DNA from: a virus
Taxonomy: Duplodnaviria; Heunggongvirae; Uroviricota; Caudoviricetes
Length of the DNA stretch: 17,813 nt
Virus record (IMG/VR): IMGVR_UViG_2531839664_000031
Strand: one strand, 5' to 3'
Part shown: in pieces, positions 7,276-16,364 of the stretch
Numbering within the stretch: the first letter of the stretch is position 1
Layout of the letters: each line of letters begins with the position of its first letter
Translations under genes and position numbers: made by a program
Notes under the pieces: generated by a model
Seen by the model: the letters and a program-made list of their open reading frames with translations, nothing else
Databases searched by the model: none
Told to the model about the DNA's origin: nothing

Positions 7276-8037
7276 TCACTTTTCCGACACAATACGGCTG
7301 GAGGAATCGAAAATCTGTCGAACAATATCCCGGTGCTTGTTCAGCTCCCGCAGCGCGGCGCAGACTCGCTCCCACTTCTGGACATGATTTTTCGCCCGAC
7401 GCAGTTCGCGGTTTGCCATATGCAGCGATGGTAAAACCAGGTCATCCGCTCGCGTTTCAGTAAACGATGGCAGCGACTGCACAATGTCCGCCACCGTTTC
7501 TGTTTTAATATCTTCCTGTGTTGCAGCCTCCTGTACTGGTAACGCAACACCTGTGGGCTGAGGAAAGGCCTTACCATCAGTTTCCGCTACCGATGCTGCT
7601 TTCGGCTCTGCTGGTAAATTATCGCCCGGTATGCAGTAACGAAATTTACCGTTCTGGTTTACGCGAATCAGGCGTCCTTTGCTGATAGCCATTGCCAGCG
7701 TTGAAGCTACTTTGCGTGATGTGGTACCGAACAATGTAGCCAACTCATCCGCCGTTTGTGGTCCACGTTGTTCAATCGCCGCAGTTAAATCGCACTCCGA
7801 AATTTTCGCGACTGTTGCCGTGGTGGTTTCTTCCGGCAGTTCTGCCTGCTCTGGCTGTTCCTGCTGAACGTTGTTATCAGCCACACGCCAGGTGTATACG
7901 CTTTTATCAACGAAACCAGCCTTTTTCAGTTCCCACAGCTCGTTCAGTACCTCTTCACGACTGATATCAAGTCGCGCAGCCAGTTCTACCGACGTGGCTT
8001 TTCCCATTGCTTTCAGTGCGTCAAATACAGTTTCCAT
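7276..8037 (-). CDS. Prophage protein with two winged-helix/HTH-like segments (ydaW-like position downstream of ydaV)
   Basis: ATG 8037 with GGAGG about 9 nt upstream (the track ORF starts at TTG 8055). Segments ..[29 protein letters not shown].. and ..[32 protein letters not shown].. look like HTH/wHTH units separated by an acidic, low-complexity linker. Confidence 0.55.
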   Translation of the reverse strand: METVFDALKAMGKATSVELAARLDISREEVLNELWELKKAGFVDKSVYTWRVADNNVQQEQPEQAELPEETTTATVAKISECDLTAAIEQRGPQTADELATLFGTTSRKVASTLAMAISKGRLIRVNQNGKFRYCIPGDNLPAEPKAASVAETDGKAFPQPTGVALPVQEAATQEDIKTETVADIVQSLPSFTETRADDLVLPSLHMANRELRRAKNHVQKWERVCAALRELNKHRDIVRQIFDSSSRIVSEK

Positions 8038-8058
8038 TAAAACGTCCTCCAACAAAAA

Positions 8059-8805
8059 TTACTCCGCAATTCCTGGCTGACCAACATTCGGACGCCAGCT
8101 CTCCCAGTTAAAATTCACCCATCGCCCGCCGTTCATGGTCATGCGATCCATAATCCGCTCACCGAGCAATGTTTTCATGGCCTCATAGTTCAGGTTTGTC
8201 AGCATCCCCACGCTGCGCATCGACGCTGTCCGGCGATCAACAATCTGATGCAGCACCACCTGCTCGTTTTTCGTCTCGCGCTGAATGCCAATTTCATCAA
8301 GAACCAGCAGATCCACTTCGCACAGCTCCCGCAAAAATTTTTCGCCTGACTGCCCGTCGTCATAGCTGGCGTGCAGGGCGCTCATAACATCAGCCACGGT
8401 AACCACAATCACTGTCTGACCGTCTTTCAGCAGGCGATTCCCGATAGCTGCCGCTAAGTGATTCTTCCCGGTACCAGGTTTTCCGCTGAACGAAAAATTT
8501 GTACACCCGGTCATCAGTTCATCGGCGATGGATTTCGCCTGGCTTAACGCGTATCGCTGGCCGTCGTTCTGCACCTGGTAATTCGCAAACGAGCATTTAC
8601 GGTGCAACGGCTGGATGCCAGAGCGATTCAGAATTTTTTCCACCCGCAACTGACGATTCAGGCGGTTGATCTCCTCGCAACGTTTCTGTCCTTCAGCAAG
8701 TTGCCACTCACGCCACTCCGCAACCGTTCTGAATGGGGCGGTTACATGTGGTGGGGTCAGTCTGCGGATACGCTCCAGAACGCCGCCTGTCGCAATATTT
8801 TTCAT
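8059..8805 (-). CDS. ydaV: DnaC-like replication protein / helicase loader (AAA+ ATPase)
   Basis: 248 aa. Walker A GKPGTGKNHLAAAIG and Walker B LLVLDEIG. Sits directly after ydaU as in lambdoid O/P-type replication modules. Confidence 0.85.
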   Translation of the reverse strand: MKNIATGGVLERIRRLTPPHVTAPFRTVAEWREWQLAEGQKRCEEINRLNRQLRVEKILNRSGIQPLHRKCSFANYQVQNDGQRYALSQAKSIADELMTGCTNFSFSGKPGTGKNHLAAAIGNRLLKDGQTVIVVTVADVMSALHASYDDGQSGEKFLRELCEVDLLVLDEIGIQRETKNEQVVLHQIVDRRTASMRSVGMLTNLNYEAMKTLLGERIMDRMTMNGGRWVNFNWESWRPNVGQPGIAE

Positions 8806-8811
8806 GGTCTG

Positions 8812-9669
8812 TTACCCCCTGAAGCCTGGCGGGATCGCACTATCCGGTAGCGAAACGGTGTTAACCTGTCGGAGTAACGTCTCAGGTCGAACACCTTTCG
8901 GCGCGAACAAGCCCTGGTATTCATTGGCGATGCTGTGTCGAATCACCTGCTCAGGTGAAAAACCCTGCTGGCGGAATTTTTCCAGCTCCCGTATCGCCCC
9001 GTTAGCGCCCTGCTCCGTTCGAATCGGTTTACGCAATGCCTGGCGAAATTCAACCCACTCACGCCAAAGCGAGACAGAAATCCAGTTCGGCAAAGCAATA
9101 TCCAGAGGGTCAAACTTTTTGACACCTCGATTCCCCCGGGGGGGATTTAGGGGGGGATCTGTTTTTAGATCTTTATCTGTATCTTTATTAGTTGCCTTTG
9201 TGTTGACATCATGTTCAAACACCACTTCAACATCTGTTTGAACACCTGTTAAATTTCTCTCTTGTTTTTTTTGAACATCTGCTTCCTTTCTGCTTCTTCT
9301 GGCCTGAACAGATGCTTTTCCTGCGGCTGATTTTTTGGTTAATTTTTCCCTGACTGATGCCAGATCTTCCTCAATCCGAAGATGCACCCATTCCTCGCCG
9401 TTATCGCAAAAAAACTCCTGCAAGGATGGTTCAACATCAGCCCATCGCTCGTTAGTCAGACGGGCAATTTTTGCCAGTCTGTTTTTAGGTATTGGCTTTC
9501 CTGTTTGCCAGTAATTGAACATCAGCAACAAATACGCACCATGCTCCTCTGCTGACAAATGCATGGTGTCAGCCAAGTAATCAGCTATGTACAGTTGCAT
9601 GTATGGTAATGCGGCCATAATTGCCCCGTATGATGCTGCCCGGTGGCTTAGAATAAGCACAAACAGCAT
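8812..9669 (-). CDS. ydaU: Putative prophage replication initiation protein (DUF1376-like N-terminus)
   Basis: 285-aa ORF from the first ATG. The conserved N-terminal pattern (MQLYIADYLADTMHLSAEEHGAYLLLM) begins at internal Met codons (9600 or 9618), so the true start may be internal. Contains homopolymer tracts at 9133-9156. Confidence 0.8.
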   Translation of the reverse strand: MLFVLILSHRAASYGAIMAALPYMQLYIADYLADTMHLSAEEHGAYLLLMFNYWQTGKPIPKNRLAKIARLTNERWADVEPSLQEFFCDNGEEWVHLRIEEDLASVREKLTKKSAAGKASVQARRSRKEADVQKKQERNLTGVQTDVEVVFEHDVNTKATNKDTDKDLKTDPPLNPPRGNRGVKKFDPLDIALPNWISVSLWREWVEFRQALRKPIRTEQGANGAIRELEKFRQQGFSPEQVIRHSIANEYQGLFAPKGVRPETLLRQVNTVSLPDSAIPPGFRG

Positions 9670-9681
9670 GGAAACTTTTGC

Positions 9682-10104
9682 TTAATGAACAATGACAGAA
9701 TCTTCGGAAGACCCGCCGCCGCTGAAATGCGCTTTCCGGTAAACGGCCTGGACTGCATCATCATGCGCATCAATTGCCGTACTCAACGCTTCCTGCGCCG
9801 CCAGTAATGCACGGCGTTCCAGGGTATCGAAGATGCAGAGTCGGTGACGCAGCTCGCGCGGAATAATTGCCAGAACCGCAGGGATCAGTTTCTGAATTTT
9901 TTCCCTTTGCGCTTTCGTTTCACCTTTCAACCAACGGTGATAGATATTCTGCTGATTGTTCCAGTCCTTGCCTGGTACCAGGGGCAATTCGCCGCCCCCC
10001 TGGCGCAGATATTCTTCAGTAATTGCGTTAGCGACCCACGCCTGCCCTTTTTCGGCTGCCAGGGCTAACAACACTGATTCGATGTGCTCATGCCTGATTT
10101 TCAT
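9682..10104 (-). CDS. ydaT: Rac prophage protein YdaT (reported toxic when derepressed)
   Basis: 140 aa. AGGAG 7 nt upstream of ATG 10104. Overlaps the ydaS 3' end by 17 nt. Confidence 0.8.
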   Translation of the reverse strand: MKIRHEHIESVLLALAAEKGQAWVANAITEEYLRQGGGELPLVPGKDWNNQQNIYHRWLKGETKAQREKIQKLIPAVLAIIPRELRHRLCIFDTLERRALLAAQEALSTAIDAHDDAVQAVYRKAHFSGGGSSEDSVIVH

Positions 10105-10363
10105 GAATCAACTCCTGTGCATTTTGCGTGTTAGCCTTACATCCAACAGGTAAACCATCGGTCGGATTAGGGTAGATATCAGGCCGGAGTTCATGAGGTG
10201 TAACCTCGAAATTCGTAGCCTCTGCGATACGCAATACCTTTTCAGGGCTTAACTGACTACGTCCAGTAGCAACGAGGCTAATCATTGATTGCGAACAACC
10301 AGCCAGCGCGGCCAAACAAGACTGTCGTACACGATTTTTTTTCAAATATTCATCTAATGTCAT
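10088..10363 (-). CDS. ydaS: Cro-like HTH regulator YdaS
   Basis: HTH segment ..SCLAALAGCSQSMISLVATGR... ATG 10363 (MTLDEYL..) has AAGGTGA upstream. The track ORF extends to 10402 without a ribosome-binding site, so the start is uncertain. Confidence 0.7.
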   Translation of the reverse strand: MTLDEYLKKNRVRQSCLAALAGCSQSMISLVATGRSQLSPEKVLRIAEATNFEVTPHELRPDIYPNPTDGLPVGCKANTQNAQELIHENQA

Positions 10364-10467
10364 AATGGTCACCTTAGTAATGCTCACAAAAATATTAACC
10401 ATACTAATTTAAATGATCAATACCTATATCAGTTTGAGATTATGAACTGTATTCATAAGATGGTGGT
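10364..10467. promoter_or_regulatory. Divergent ydaS / racR control region with candidate operators
   Basis: AT-rich 104-bp spacer between divergent genes. Inverted repeats TTAGTA(10374-10379)/TACTAA(10402-10407) and TATGAA(10441-10446)/TTCATA(10452-10457), the latter 11 nt upstream of the racR ATG. Confidence 0.5.
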
Positions 10468-10932
10468 ATGAGAAGAAAACGCGAAGAAATCGCATCGCCG
10501 GAAGCTACGCAACGTCTGCGCGCAATCTGGGATGCAAAAAAAAGAGAGCTCAAACTGACTCAGGAGCTTGCTGCCGAGCTAATGGGTTTTGAGGCGCAAT
10601 CTGCGGTTAGCCATTATCTCAACGGAAAGGCTCCACTTAATACTGATGCGGCATTAAAATTCGCTGTATTACTAAGAGTTAAGCCTGAAGAGTTGAGGCC
10701 TGATTTAGCTGATCTGATGAATTACGTCCGTTCCTCAGGAACTTATGACGAAAGTTTCGAAGGCGAAGGTTGGCGGATGGTTAACAAGCAACAAGCTGAT
10801 TTACTAGATCTTTTTGATATCCTTCCCGAATCAGAAAAAGCAAAACTAATCGAAAGACTTAAAGGTCAGAATGAACTCTACAAAGAAGCATTTGAAAATA
10901 TGCTGGCAGCTCAAAAACGCATGAAGAAATAG
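10468..10932 (+). CDS. racR: Rac prophage repressor RacR
   Basis: 154 aa. HTH-like segment ..LKLTQELAAELMGFEAQSAVSHYLNGK.. (lambda cI/XRE-like). Divergent from ydaS-ydaT. Confidence 0.85.
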   Translation: MRRKREEIASPEATQRLRAIWDAKKRELKLTQELAAELMGFEAQSAVSHYLNGKAPLNTDAALKFAVLLRVKPEELRPDLADLMNYVRSSGTYDESFEGEGWRMVNKQQADLLDLFDILPESEKAKLIERLKGQNELYKEAFENMLAAQKRMKK

Positions 10933-10953
10933 CTCCCACCATCTCGTAACTAA

Positions 10954-10978
10954 ACCGCCATTTTTGGCGGTTTTTTTG
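10954..10978 (+). terminator. Intrinsic (Rho-independent) terminator downstream of racR
   Basis: Stem ACCGCCA (10954-10960), loop TTTT, stem TGGCGGT (10965-10971), followed by T6 (10972-10977). Confidence 0.7.
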
Positions 10979-11167
10979 TCCCCTCCGCCCGCCCCCGCCT
11001 TACTTTTTATCAAAAAAACACTAAAAATTTCATTAGGATAGTACATTTTTATCAACGAAATGCATATTTGTGTTGATCATTAATATGAACATAACTAATA
11101 TTATTGCAGAAGCAGCACGGCGCTGTAGGTTTTAGTTCCGCCACCCGGCGTTAAAGGGAGAGATAAA

Positions 11168-11302
11168 ATGGTGCATTACGAAGTAGTTCAGTATTTGATG
11201 GATTGTTGCGGTATCACTTACAGCCAAGCTGTACAGGCTCTACGCAGCAACGACTGGGATCTCTGGCAGGCAGAAGCCGCTATATGCAGCAACAAGATGT
11301 GA
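11168..11302 (+). CDS. ydaG: Small Rac prophage protein YdaG (44 aa)
   Basis: MVHYEVVQYLMDCCGITYSQAVQALRSNDWDLWQAEAAICSNKM. GGGAGAG upstream of the ATG. Below the size cut-off of the ORF track. Confidence 0.65.
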   Translation: MVHYEVVQYLMDCCGITYSQAVQALRSNDWDLWQAEAAICSNKM

Positions 11303-11312
11303 GATTCGCAAA

Positions 11313-11465
11313 ATGCAAAAAATCGACCTCGGCAACAACGAATCCCTAGTGTGTGGCGTGTTCCCCAACCAGGATGGAACGTTCACCGCCATGACGTATA
11401 CCAAAAGCAAAACATTTAAAACTGAAACAGGCGCACGTCGCTGGCTTGCCAAAAATACCAGCTAA
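11313..11465 (+). CDS. ydaF: Small Rac prophage protein YdaF (50 aa)
   Basis: MQKIDLGNNESLVCGVFPNQDGTFTAMTYTKSKTFKTETGARRWLAKNTS, read directly from the sequence. Follows ydaG after 10 nt. Confidence 0.65.
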   Translation: MQKIDLGNNESLVCGVFPNQDGTFTAMTYTKSKTFKTETGARRWLAKNTS

Positions 11466-11889
11466 ACCATTTATTGGATTAATTCAATATTCTTGCTGTA
11501 GGGGTATAGCCGAGGCCACCAAAGCCCGGAGGTGGTGAAATAAAACCGGGCACAACACGAAGGCGCATTTCCGGTATCCATAAAGAGTCGGTCTTGTCTG
11601 TCAAATTTAAATGGTGGGAGTGCGCCTCCGGTTGTGAATAACAACACTGCTGTGTGTAGTCTTGGCGGCATCAGTTTTTTCTTGAAGTTCGACTGATGTC
11701 CGCCCTTTTTAAAGTGAATTTTGTGATGCGGTGAATGCGGCTAAGCGCACGCGGAACAGTTAAAAAGCTATTGTCCTTCGTAGCAGAGTTATGGGTGAAA
11801 TATCCGGCGTTAATTGTTAACTGGTTAACGTCACCTGGAGGCACCAGGCACCGCATCGACAAAATTCATTTGTAAAAATGGAGATAATT

Positions 11890-12111
11890 ATGATTGCTCA
11901 TCACTTCGGAACTGATGAAATACCACGTCAGTGTGTGACCCCTGGCGATTATGTTCTTCATGAAGGCCGGACATATATTGCCTCGGCAAACAATATTAAA
12001 AAGCGAAAACTTTATATTCGTAACCTGACCACAAAAACATGCATTACTGACCGCATGATTAAAGTCTTCCTCGGTCGTGATGGTTTACCTGTAAAGGCGG
12101 AGTCATGGTGA
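11890..12111 (+). CDS. kilR: KilR, FtsZ-targeting cell-division inhibitor of Rac
   Basis: 73 aa from ATG 11890 ([29 protein letters not shown]..), with GGAG 5 nt upstream. The track ORF starts 4 codons earlier. Confidence 0.85.
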   Translation: MIAHHFGTDEIPRQCVTPGDYVLHEGRTYIASANNIKKRKLYIRNLTTKTCITDRMIKVFLGRDGLPVKAESW

Positions 12112-12281
12112 TGACTAAGAAAATAAAATGTGCTTATCACCTTTGCAATAAAGGAATTGAAGAAAGCAAAAGTATTAAAAGACCACTTCATTTCATGCGT
12201 GGAGTTATCCCAACGACGGAAATGAAAAAATATTGTAGTGAAAATTGTGCCGAAAAAGACCAGATGGCACACGAACTTTAA
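12111..12281 (+). CDS. ydaE: YdaE, small Cys-rich (zinc-binding type) Rac protein, 56 aa
   Basis: [59 protein letters not shown] overlaps the kilR stop (TGATG). C-x4-H-x2-C ... C-x3-C arrangement. Confidence 0.75.
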   Translation: MTKKIKCAYHLCNKGIEESKSIKRPLHFMRGVIPTTEMKKYCSENCAEKDQMAHEL

Positions 12282-12361
12282 CTAACTGACTATTCGAAAC
12301 TGAATTTATGCCAGCAATGGCAGGTGGTCGCTCAACCTTAAAATAGTTATGAGGTTTATCA

Positions 12362-15031
12362 ATGAGTACTGATAAAGAAAATTACGCTCTGTATTGCGAC
12401 GCGAAAAATGATAAAACCAGAAAACGCCTCGGCATCAAAGGCGGCTTTTTCTGGACAGAGGCAAAAAAACTTTCTGTTGCGGTTTCACGCTGCATTGCTG
12501 CAATGGACGATGCCGGATTTGACGAAGAGGATTTTAAAAAACCCATCCGCGTCCATTTACCCGTTGTGAATGACCTTCCACCGGAAGGTGTGTTTGATAC
12601 TGAATTCTGCAACCGATACGAAAAAGGCGGAGAAGATGGTATCACAATGATACTTATCGCGCCCTCTGTTCCGGACAAACCAGCCAGTACTGACAATACC
12701 AACGTCAACGGCGAAGACATGGCTAAGATTGAGGAGAATATGCTTCTTCCGGTTTCAGGTCAGATTCTGCCTGTTCGCTGGCTGGCGCAACACAACAGCG
12801 AAAAACCGCTCACGCACGTTTCACTGGACAAACTGCGCGCATTACATAACGCACAGGATGAAAAACTTCCCGCCGTTACCGCGCTGGCCATCTCAAATAA
12901 AGCAGTGCAACTCGAACCGCTGGAGATTCGGGATTTGTACAAACTGGTGCGAGACACTGACAAAGTTTTCCCCGCCCCCGTAAATTCGGACCTGGGACTG
13001 ATGACCTCTTTTATCGAAGCATACCTGGGCGCTGACTACACCGATCGCGGTCTGCTTACAAAAGAGTGGATGAAAGGAAATCGTGTTTCACGCATCAGCC
13101 GCACGCCATCCGGCGCTAACGCTGGCGGCGGCATTCTTACCGATCGCGGCGAAGGTTTTGTCCACGATGATGCGTCAGTGGCGCGTGACGTAGCCACTGG
13201 CGTACTGGCCCGTTCAATGGACGTGGATATTTATAACCTTCATCCCGCGCACGCTAAACGCATTGAGGAAATTATCGCTGAAAATAAACCGCCATTTTCT
13301 GTGTTTTTCAGCAAATTCATCACCATGCCGGGCCACAAGGATTACTCCCGCGCCATCGTGGTTGCGTCCGTGAAAGAAGCACCAATTGGTATAGAGGCTA
13401 CTCCCCACCGTGTCACCGAATACCTGAATAAGGTGCTGACTGAAACCGATCATGCCACCCCTGATCCGGAAATCGTGGATATTGCCTGTGGTCGCTCCTC
13501 TGCCCCGATGCCGCAGCGTGTAACAAAAGAAGGAAAACAGGATGATGAAGAAAAACTGCAACCATCTTGCGCAATGGCAGATGAACAGGCAACGGCTGAA
13601 ACAGTGGAACCGGATGCAACTGAACATCATCAGGACACGCAGCCGCTGGATGCTCAGTCACAGGTAAATTCTGTTGATGCGAAATATCAGAAACTGCGGG
13701 CAGAACTCCATGAAGCCCGGAAAAACATTCCGCCCCAAAATCCTGTCGATGCAGATAAATTACTGGCTGCCTCTCGCGGAGAATTTGTTGAAGGGATTAG
13801 CGACCCGAATGATCCGAAATGGGTTAAGGGAATTGAAACCCGAGATTCTGTGAACCAGAACCAGCCCGAATCGGAACAAAACAACCAGAAAGCGGAACAA
13901 AACAGCCCAAATGCACAGAAAAACGAGCCAGAAACGAAACAATCTGAACCAGTAGCGCAACAGGAACCGGAAAAAGTCTGTGCCGCCTGCGGTCAGAGCG
14001 GTGGCGGCAACTGCCCTGATTGTGGCGCGGTGATGGGCGACACCACGTATCAGGAAACCTTTAATGAAGAAAATCTGGATGAATCTCAGGAAAAAGATCC
14101 GGAGGAAATGGAAGGCCCTGAACATCCGCACAATGAGAATGCTGGCAGCGATCCGCATCGCGATTGCAGTGACGAAACTGGCGAAGTCGCAGATCCCGTA
14201 ATCGCAGGAGACATAGAGCCTGGTATTTATTACGGAATTTCGAATGAGAATTACCACGCTGGTCCCGGTGTCAGTAAGTCTCAGCTCGACGACATTGCTG
14301 ATACTCCGGCTCTGTATTTGTGGCGTAAAAATGCCCCAGTGGACACCACAAAGACAAAAACGCTCGATTTAGGAGCCGCTTTCCACTGCCGTGTACTTGA
14401 ACCGGAAGAATTCAGTAACCGCTTTATCATAGCACCTGAATTTAATCGCCGTACAAACGCCGGAAAAGAAGAAGAGAAAGCGTTTCTGATGGAATGCGCA
14501 AGCACAGGAAAAACGGTTATCACTGCGGAAGAAGGCCGGAAAATTGAACTCATGTATCAAAGCGTTATGGCTTTGCCGCTGGGGCAATGGCTTGTTGAAA
14601 GCGCCGGACACGCTGAATCATCAATTTACTGGGAAGATCCTGAAACAGGAATTTTGTGTCGGTGCCGTCCGGACAAAATTATCCCTGAATTTCACTGGAT
14701 CATGGACGTGAAAACTACGGCGGATATTCAACGATTCAAAACCGCTTATTACGACTACCGCTATCACGTTCAGGATGCATTCTACAGTGACGGTTATGAA
14801 GCACAGTTTGGAGTGCAGCCAACTTTCGTTTTTCTGGTTGCCAGCACAACTATTGAATGCGGACGTTATCCGGTTGAGATTTTCATGATGGGCGAAGAAG
14901 CAAAACTGGCAGGCCAGCAGGAATATCACCGCAATCTGCGGACCCTGGCTGACTGCCTAAATACCGATGAATGGCCAGCTATTAAGACGTTATCACTGCC
15001 CCGCTGGGCTAAGGAGTATGCAAATGATTAA
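12362..15031 (+). CDS. recE: RecE, exodeoxyribonuclease VIII (5'-3' dsDNA exonuclease of the RecET system)
   Basis: 889 aa. C-terminal third (..[47 protein letters not shown]..) is the RecE PD-(D/E)xK exonuclease domain. Acidic, low-complexity linker contains a C-x2-C-x7-C-x2-C motif (13979-14023). GAGG 8 nt upstream of the ATG. 3' end overlaps recT. Confidence 0.9.
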   Translation: MSTDKENYALYCDAKNDKTRKRLGIKGGFFWTEAKKLSVAVSRCIAAMDDAGFDEEDFKKPIRVHLPVVNDLPPEGVFDTEFCNRYEKGGEDGITMILIAPSVPDKPASTDNTNVNGEDMAKIEENMLLPVSGQILPVRWLAQHNSEKPLTHVSLDKLRALHNAQDEKLPAVTALAISNKAVQLEPLEIRDLYKLVRDTDKVFPAPVNSDLGLMTSFIEAYLGADYTDRGLLTKEWMKGNRVSRISRTPSGANAGGGILTDRGEGFVHDDASVARDVATGVLARSMDVDIYNLHPAHAKRIEEIIAENKPPFSVFFSKFITMPGHKDYSRAIVVASVKEAPIGIEATPHRVTEYLNKVLTETDHATPDPEIVDIACGRSSAPMPQRVTKEGKQDDEEKLQPSCAMADEQATAETVEPDATEHHQDTQPLDAQSQVNSVDAKYQKLRAELHEARKNIPPQNPVDADKLLAASRGEFVEGISDPNDPKWVKGIETRDSVNQNQPESEQNNQKAEQNSPNAQKNEPETKQSEPVAQQEPEKVCAACGQSGGGNCPDCGAVMGDTTYQETFNEENLDESQEKDPEEMEGPEHPHNENAGSDPHRDCSDETGEVADPVIAGDIEPGIYYGISNENYHAGPGVSKSQLDDIADTPALYLWRKNAPVDTTKTKTLDLGAAFHCRVLEPEEFSNRFIIAPEFNRRTNAGKEEEKAFLMECASTGKTVITAEEGRKIELMYQSVMALPLGQWLVESAGHAESSIYWEDPETGILCRCRPDKIIPEFHWIMDVKTTADIQRFKTAYYDYRYHVQDAFYSDGYEAQFGVQPTFVFLVASTTIECGRYPVEIFMMGEEAKLAGQQEYHRNLRTLADCLNTDEWPAIKTLSLPRWAKEYAND

Positions 15032-15833
15032 GCAACCACCTATCGCAAAAGCCGATCTGCAAAAAACTCAGGGAAACCGTGCACCAGCAGCAGTTAACGA
15101 TAAGGATGTGCTGTGCGTGATTAACAGCCCGGCAATGAAAGCGCAACTGGCAGCAGCTCTGCCACGTCACATGACAGCGGAACGCATGATCCGCATTGCT
15201 ACAACAGAAATCCGTAAAGTACCGGAACTAAGAAACTGTGACTCGACGAGTTTTATCGGTGCCATCGTACAGTGTTCACAGCTCGGACTTGAGCCAGGTA
15301 GCGCCCTCGGTCATGCATATTTACTGCCTTTTGGTAATAAAAACGAAAAGAGCGGTAAAAAGAACGTTCAGCTAATCATTGGCTATCGCGGCATGATTGA
15401 TCTGGCTCGCCGTTCTGGTCAAATCGCCAGCCTGTCAGCCCGTGTTGTCCGTGAAGGTGACGAGTTTAGCTTCGAATTTGGCCTTGATGAAAAGTTAATA
15501 CACCACCCGGGAGAAAACGAAGATGCCCCGGTTACCCACGTCTATGCTGTCGCAAGACTGAAAGACGGAGGTACTCAGTTTGAAGTTATGACGCGCAAAC
15601 AGATTGAGCTGGTGCGCAGCCTGAGTAAAGCTGGTAATAACGGGCCGTGGGTAACTCACTGGGAAGAAATGGCAAAGAAAACGGCTATTCGTCGCCTGTT
15701 CAAATATCTGCCCGTATCAATTGAGATCCAGCGTGCAGTATCAATGGATGAAAAGGAACCACTGACAATCGATCCTGCAGATTCCTCTGTATTAACCGGG
15801 GAATACAGTGTAATCGATAATTCAGAGGAATAA
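15024..15833 (+). CDS. recT: RecT, single-strand annealing recombinase
   Basis: 269 aa from ATG 15024 ([23 protein letters not shown]..), with AAGGAG at 15011-15016. Overlaps the recE stop by 8 nt. The track ORF begins further upstream inside recE. Confidence 0.9.
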   Translation: MIKQPPIAKADLQKTQGNRAPAAVNDKDVLCVINSPAMKAQLAAALPRHMTAERMIRIATTEIRKVPELRNCDSTSFIGAIVQCSQLGLEPGSALGHAYLLPFGNKNEKSGKKNVQLIIGYRGMIDLARRSGQIASLSARVVREGDEFSFEFGLDEKLIHHPGENEDAPVTHVYAVARLKDGGTQFEVMTRKQIELVRSLSKAGNNGPWVTHWEEMAKKTAIRRLFKYLPVSIEIQRAVSMDEKEPLTIDPADSSVLTGEYSVIDNSEE

Positions 15834-15889
15834 TTCAGCCTGGCGGTGTAATGCACCGCCAACTTGAAATATTTTTTATGAGAAAAATT

Positions 15890-16084
15890 ATGAGATATGA
15901 CAATGTTAAACCATGTCCATTTTGTGGTTGTCCATCAGTAACGGTGAAAGCCATTTCAGGATATTACCGAGCGAAGTGTAACGGATGCGAATCCCGAACC
16001 GGTTATGGTGGAAGTGAAAAAGAAGCACTCGAAAGATGGAATAAACGAACCACTGGAAATAATAATGGAGGTGTTCATGTATAA
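15890..16084 (+). CDS. ralR: RalR (Lar), restriction-alleviation protein, reported as the toxin of a type I toxin-antitoxin pair
   Basis: 64 aa from ATG 15890 (MRYDNVKPCPFCGCPSVTVKAISGYYRAKCNGCESRTGYGG..), with a C-x2-C ... C-x2-C zinc-ribbon pattern. A partner antisense sRNA (RalA) is expected nearby, but I could not place it from sequence. Confidence 0.85.
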   Translation: MRYDNVKPCPFCGCPSVTVKAISGYYRAKCNGCESRTGYGGSEKEALERWNKRTTGNNNGGVHV

Positions 16085-16286
16085 AATTACCGCCACTATT
16101 GAAAAGGAAGGTGGCACTCCTACTAACTGGACAAGATATTCAAAATCTAAACTAACGAAATCAGAATGCGAAAAAATGCTCTCAGGTAAAAAAGAAGCAG
16201 GCGTTTCCAGAGAGCAGAAAGTAAAACTGATAAATTTTAATTGCGAGAAACTTCAGTCCTCGAGAATTGCATTGTATTCAAATTAA
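16077..16286 (+). CDS. ydaC: YdaC, small Rac prophage protein (69 aa)
   Basis: ATG 16077 with GGAGG 6 nt upstream, overlapping the ralR stop. MYKITATIEKEGGTPTNWTRYSKSKLTKSECEKML.. Confidence 0.8.
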   Translation: MYKITATIEKEGGTPTNWTRYSKSKLTKSECEKMLSGKKEAGVSREQKVKLINFNCEKLQSSRIALYSN

Positions 16287-16364
16287 AACTTCATAGCTGA
16301 TTATTAATAATCAACATCGGGCGTCAATTTCAGTCTAACATTGGCGCCTGCCAGAGGTGATGCG

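Noticed and set aside
8666-9241. 191-aa plus-strand ORF spanning the ydaV/ydaU junction
   Set aside because: Entirely antisense to two well-supported genes, Ser/Arg/Cys-rich low-complexity translation and no ribosome-binding site; most likely a frame artefact.
9995-10000. C6 run inside ydaT as a phase-variation site
   Set aside because: Shorter than the tracts in ydaU and of a length common in coding DNA; not separately notable.
11471-11862. Two minus-strand ORFs (66 and 63 aa) between ydaF and kilR as a possible disrupted sieB
   Set aside because: Translations are not membrane-protein-like and have no ribosome-binding sites. I cannot recall the SieB sequence well enough to call a pseudogene, so the region is treated as non-coding with the absence noted as a finding.
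13214-14929. Several minus-strand ORFs (82-165 aa) inside recE
   Set aside because: Antisense to the RecE coding region, with Phe/Arg/Leu-rich translations typical of reverse-strand reading of an acidic gene; no independent support.
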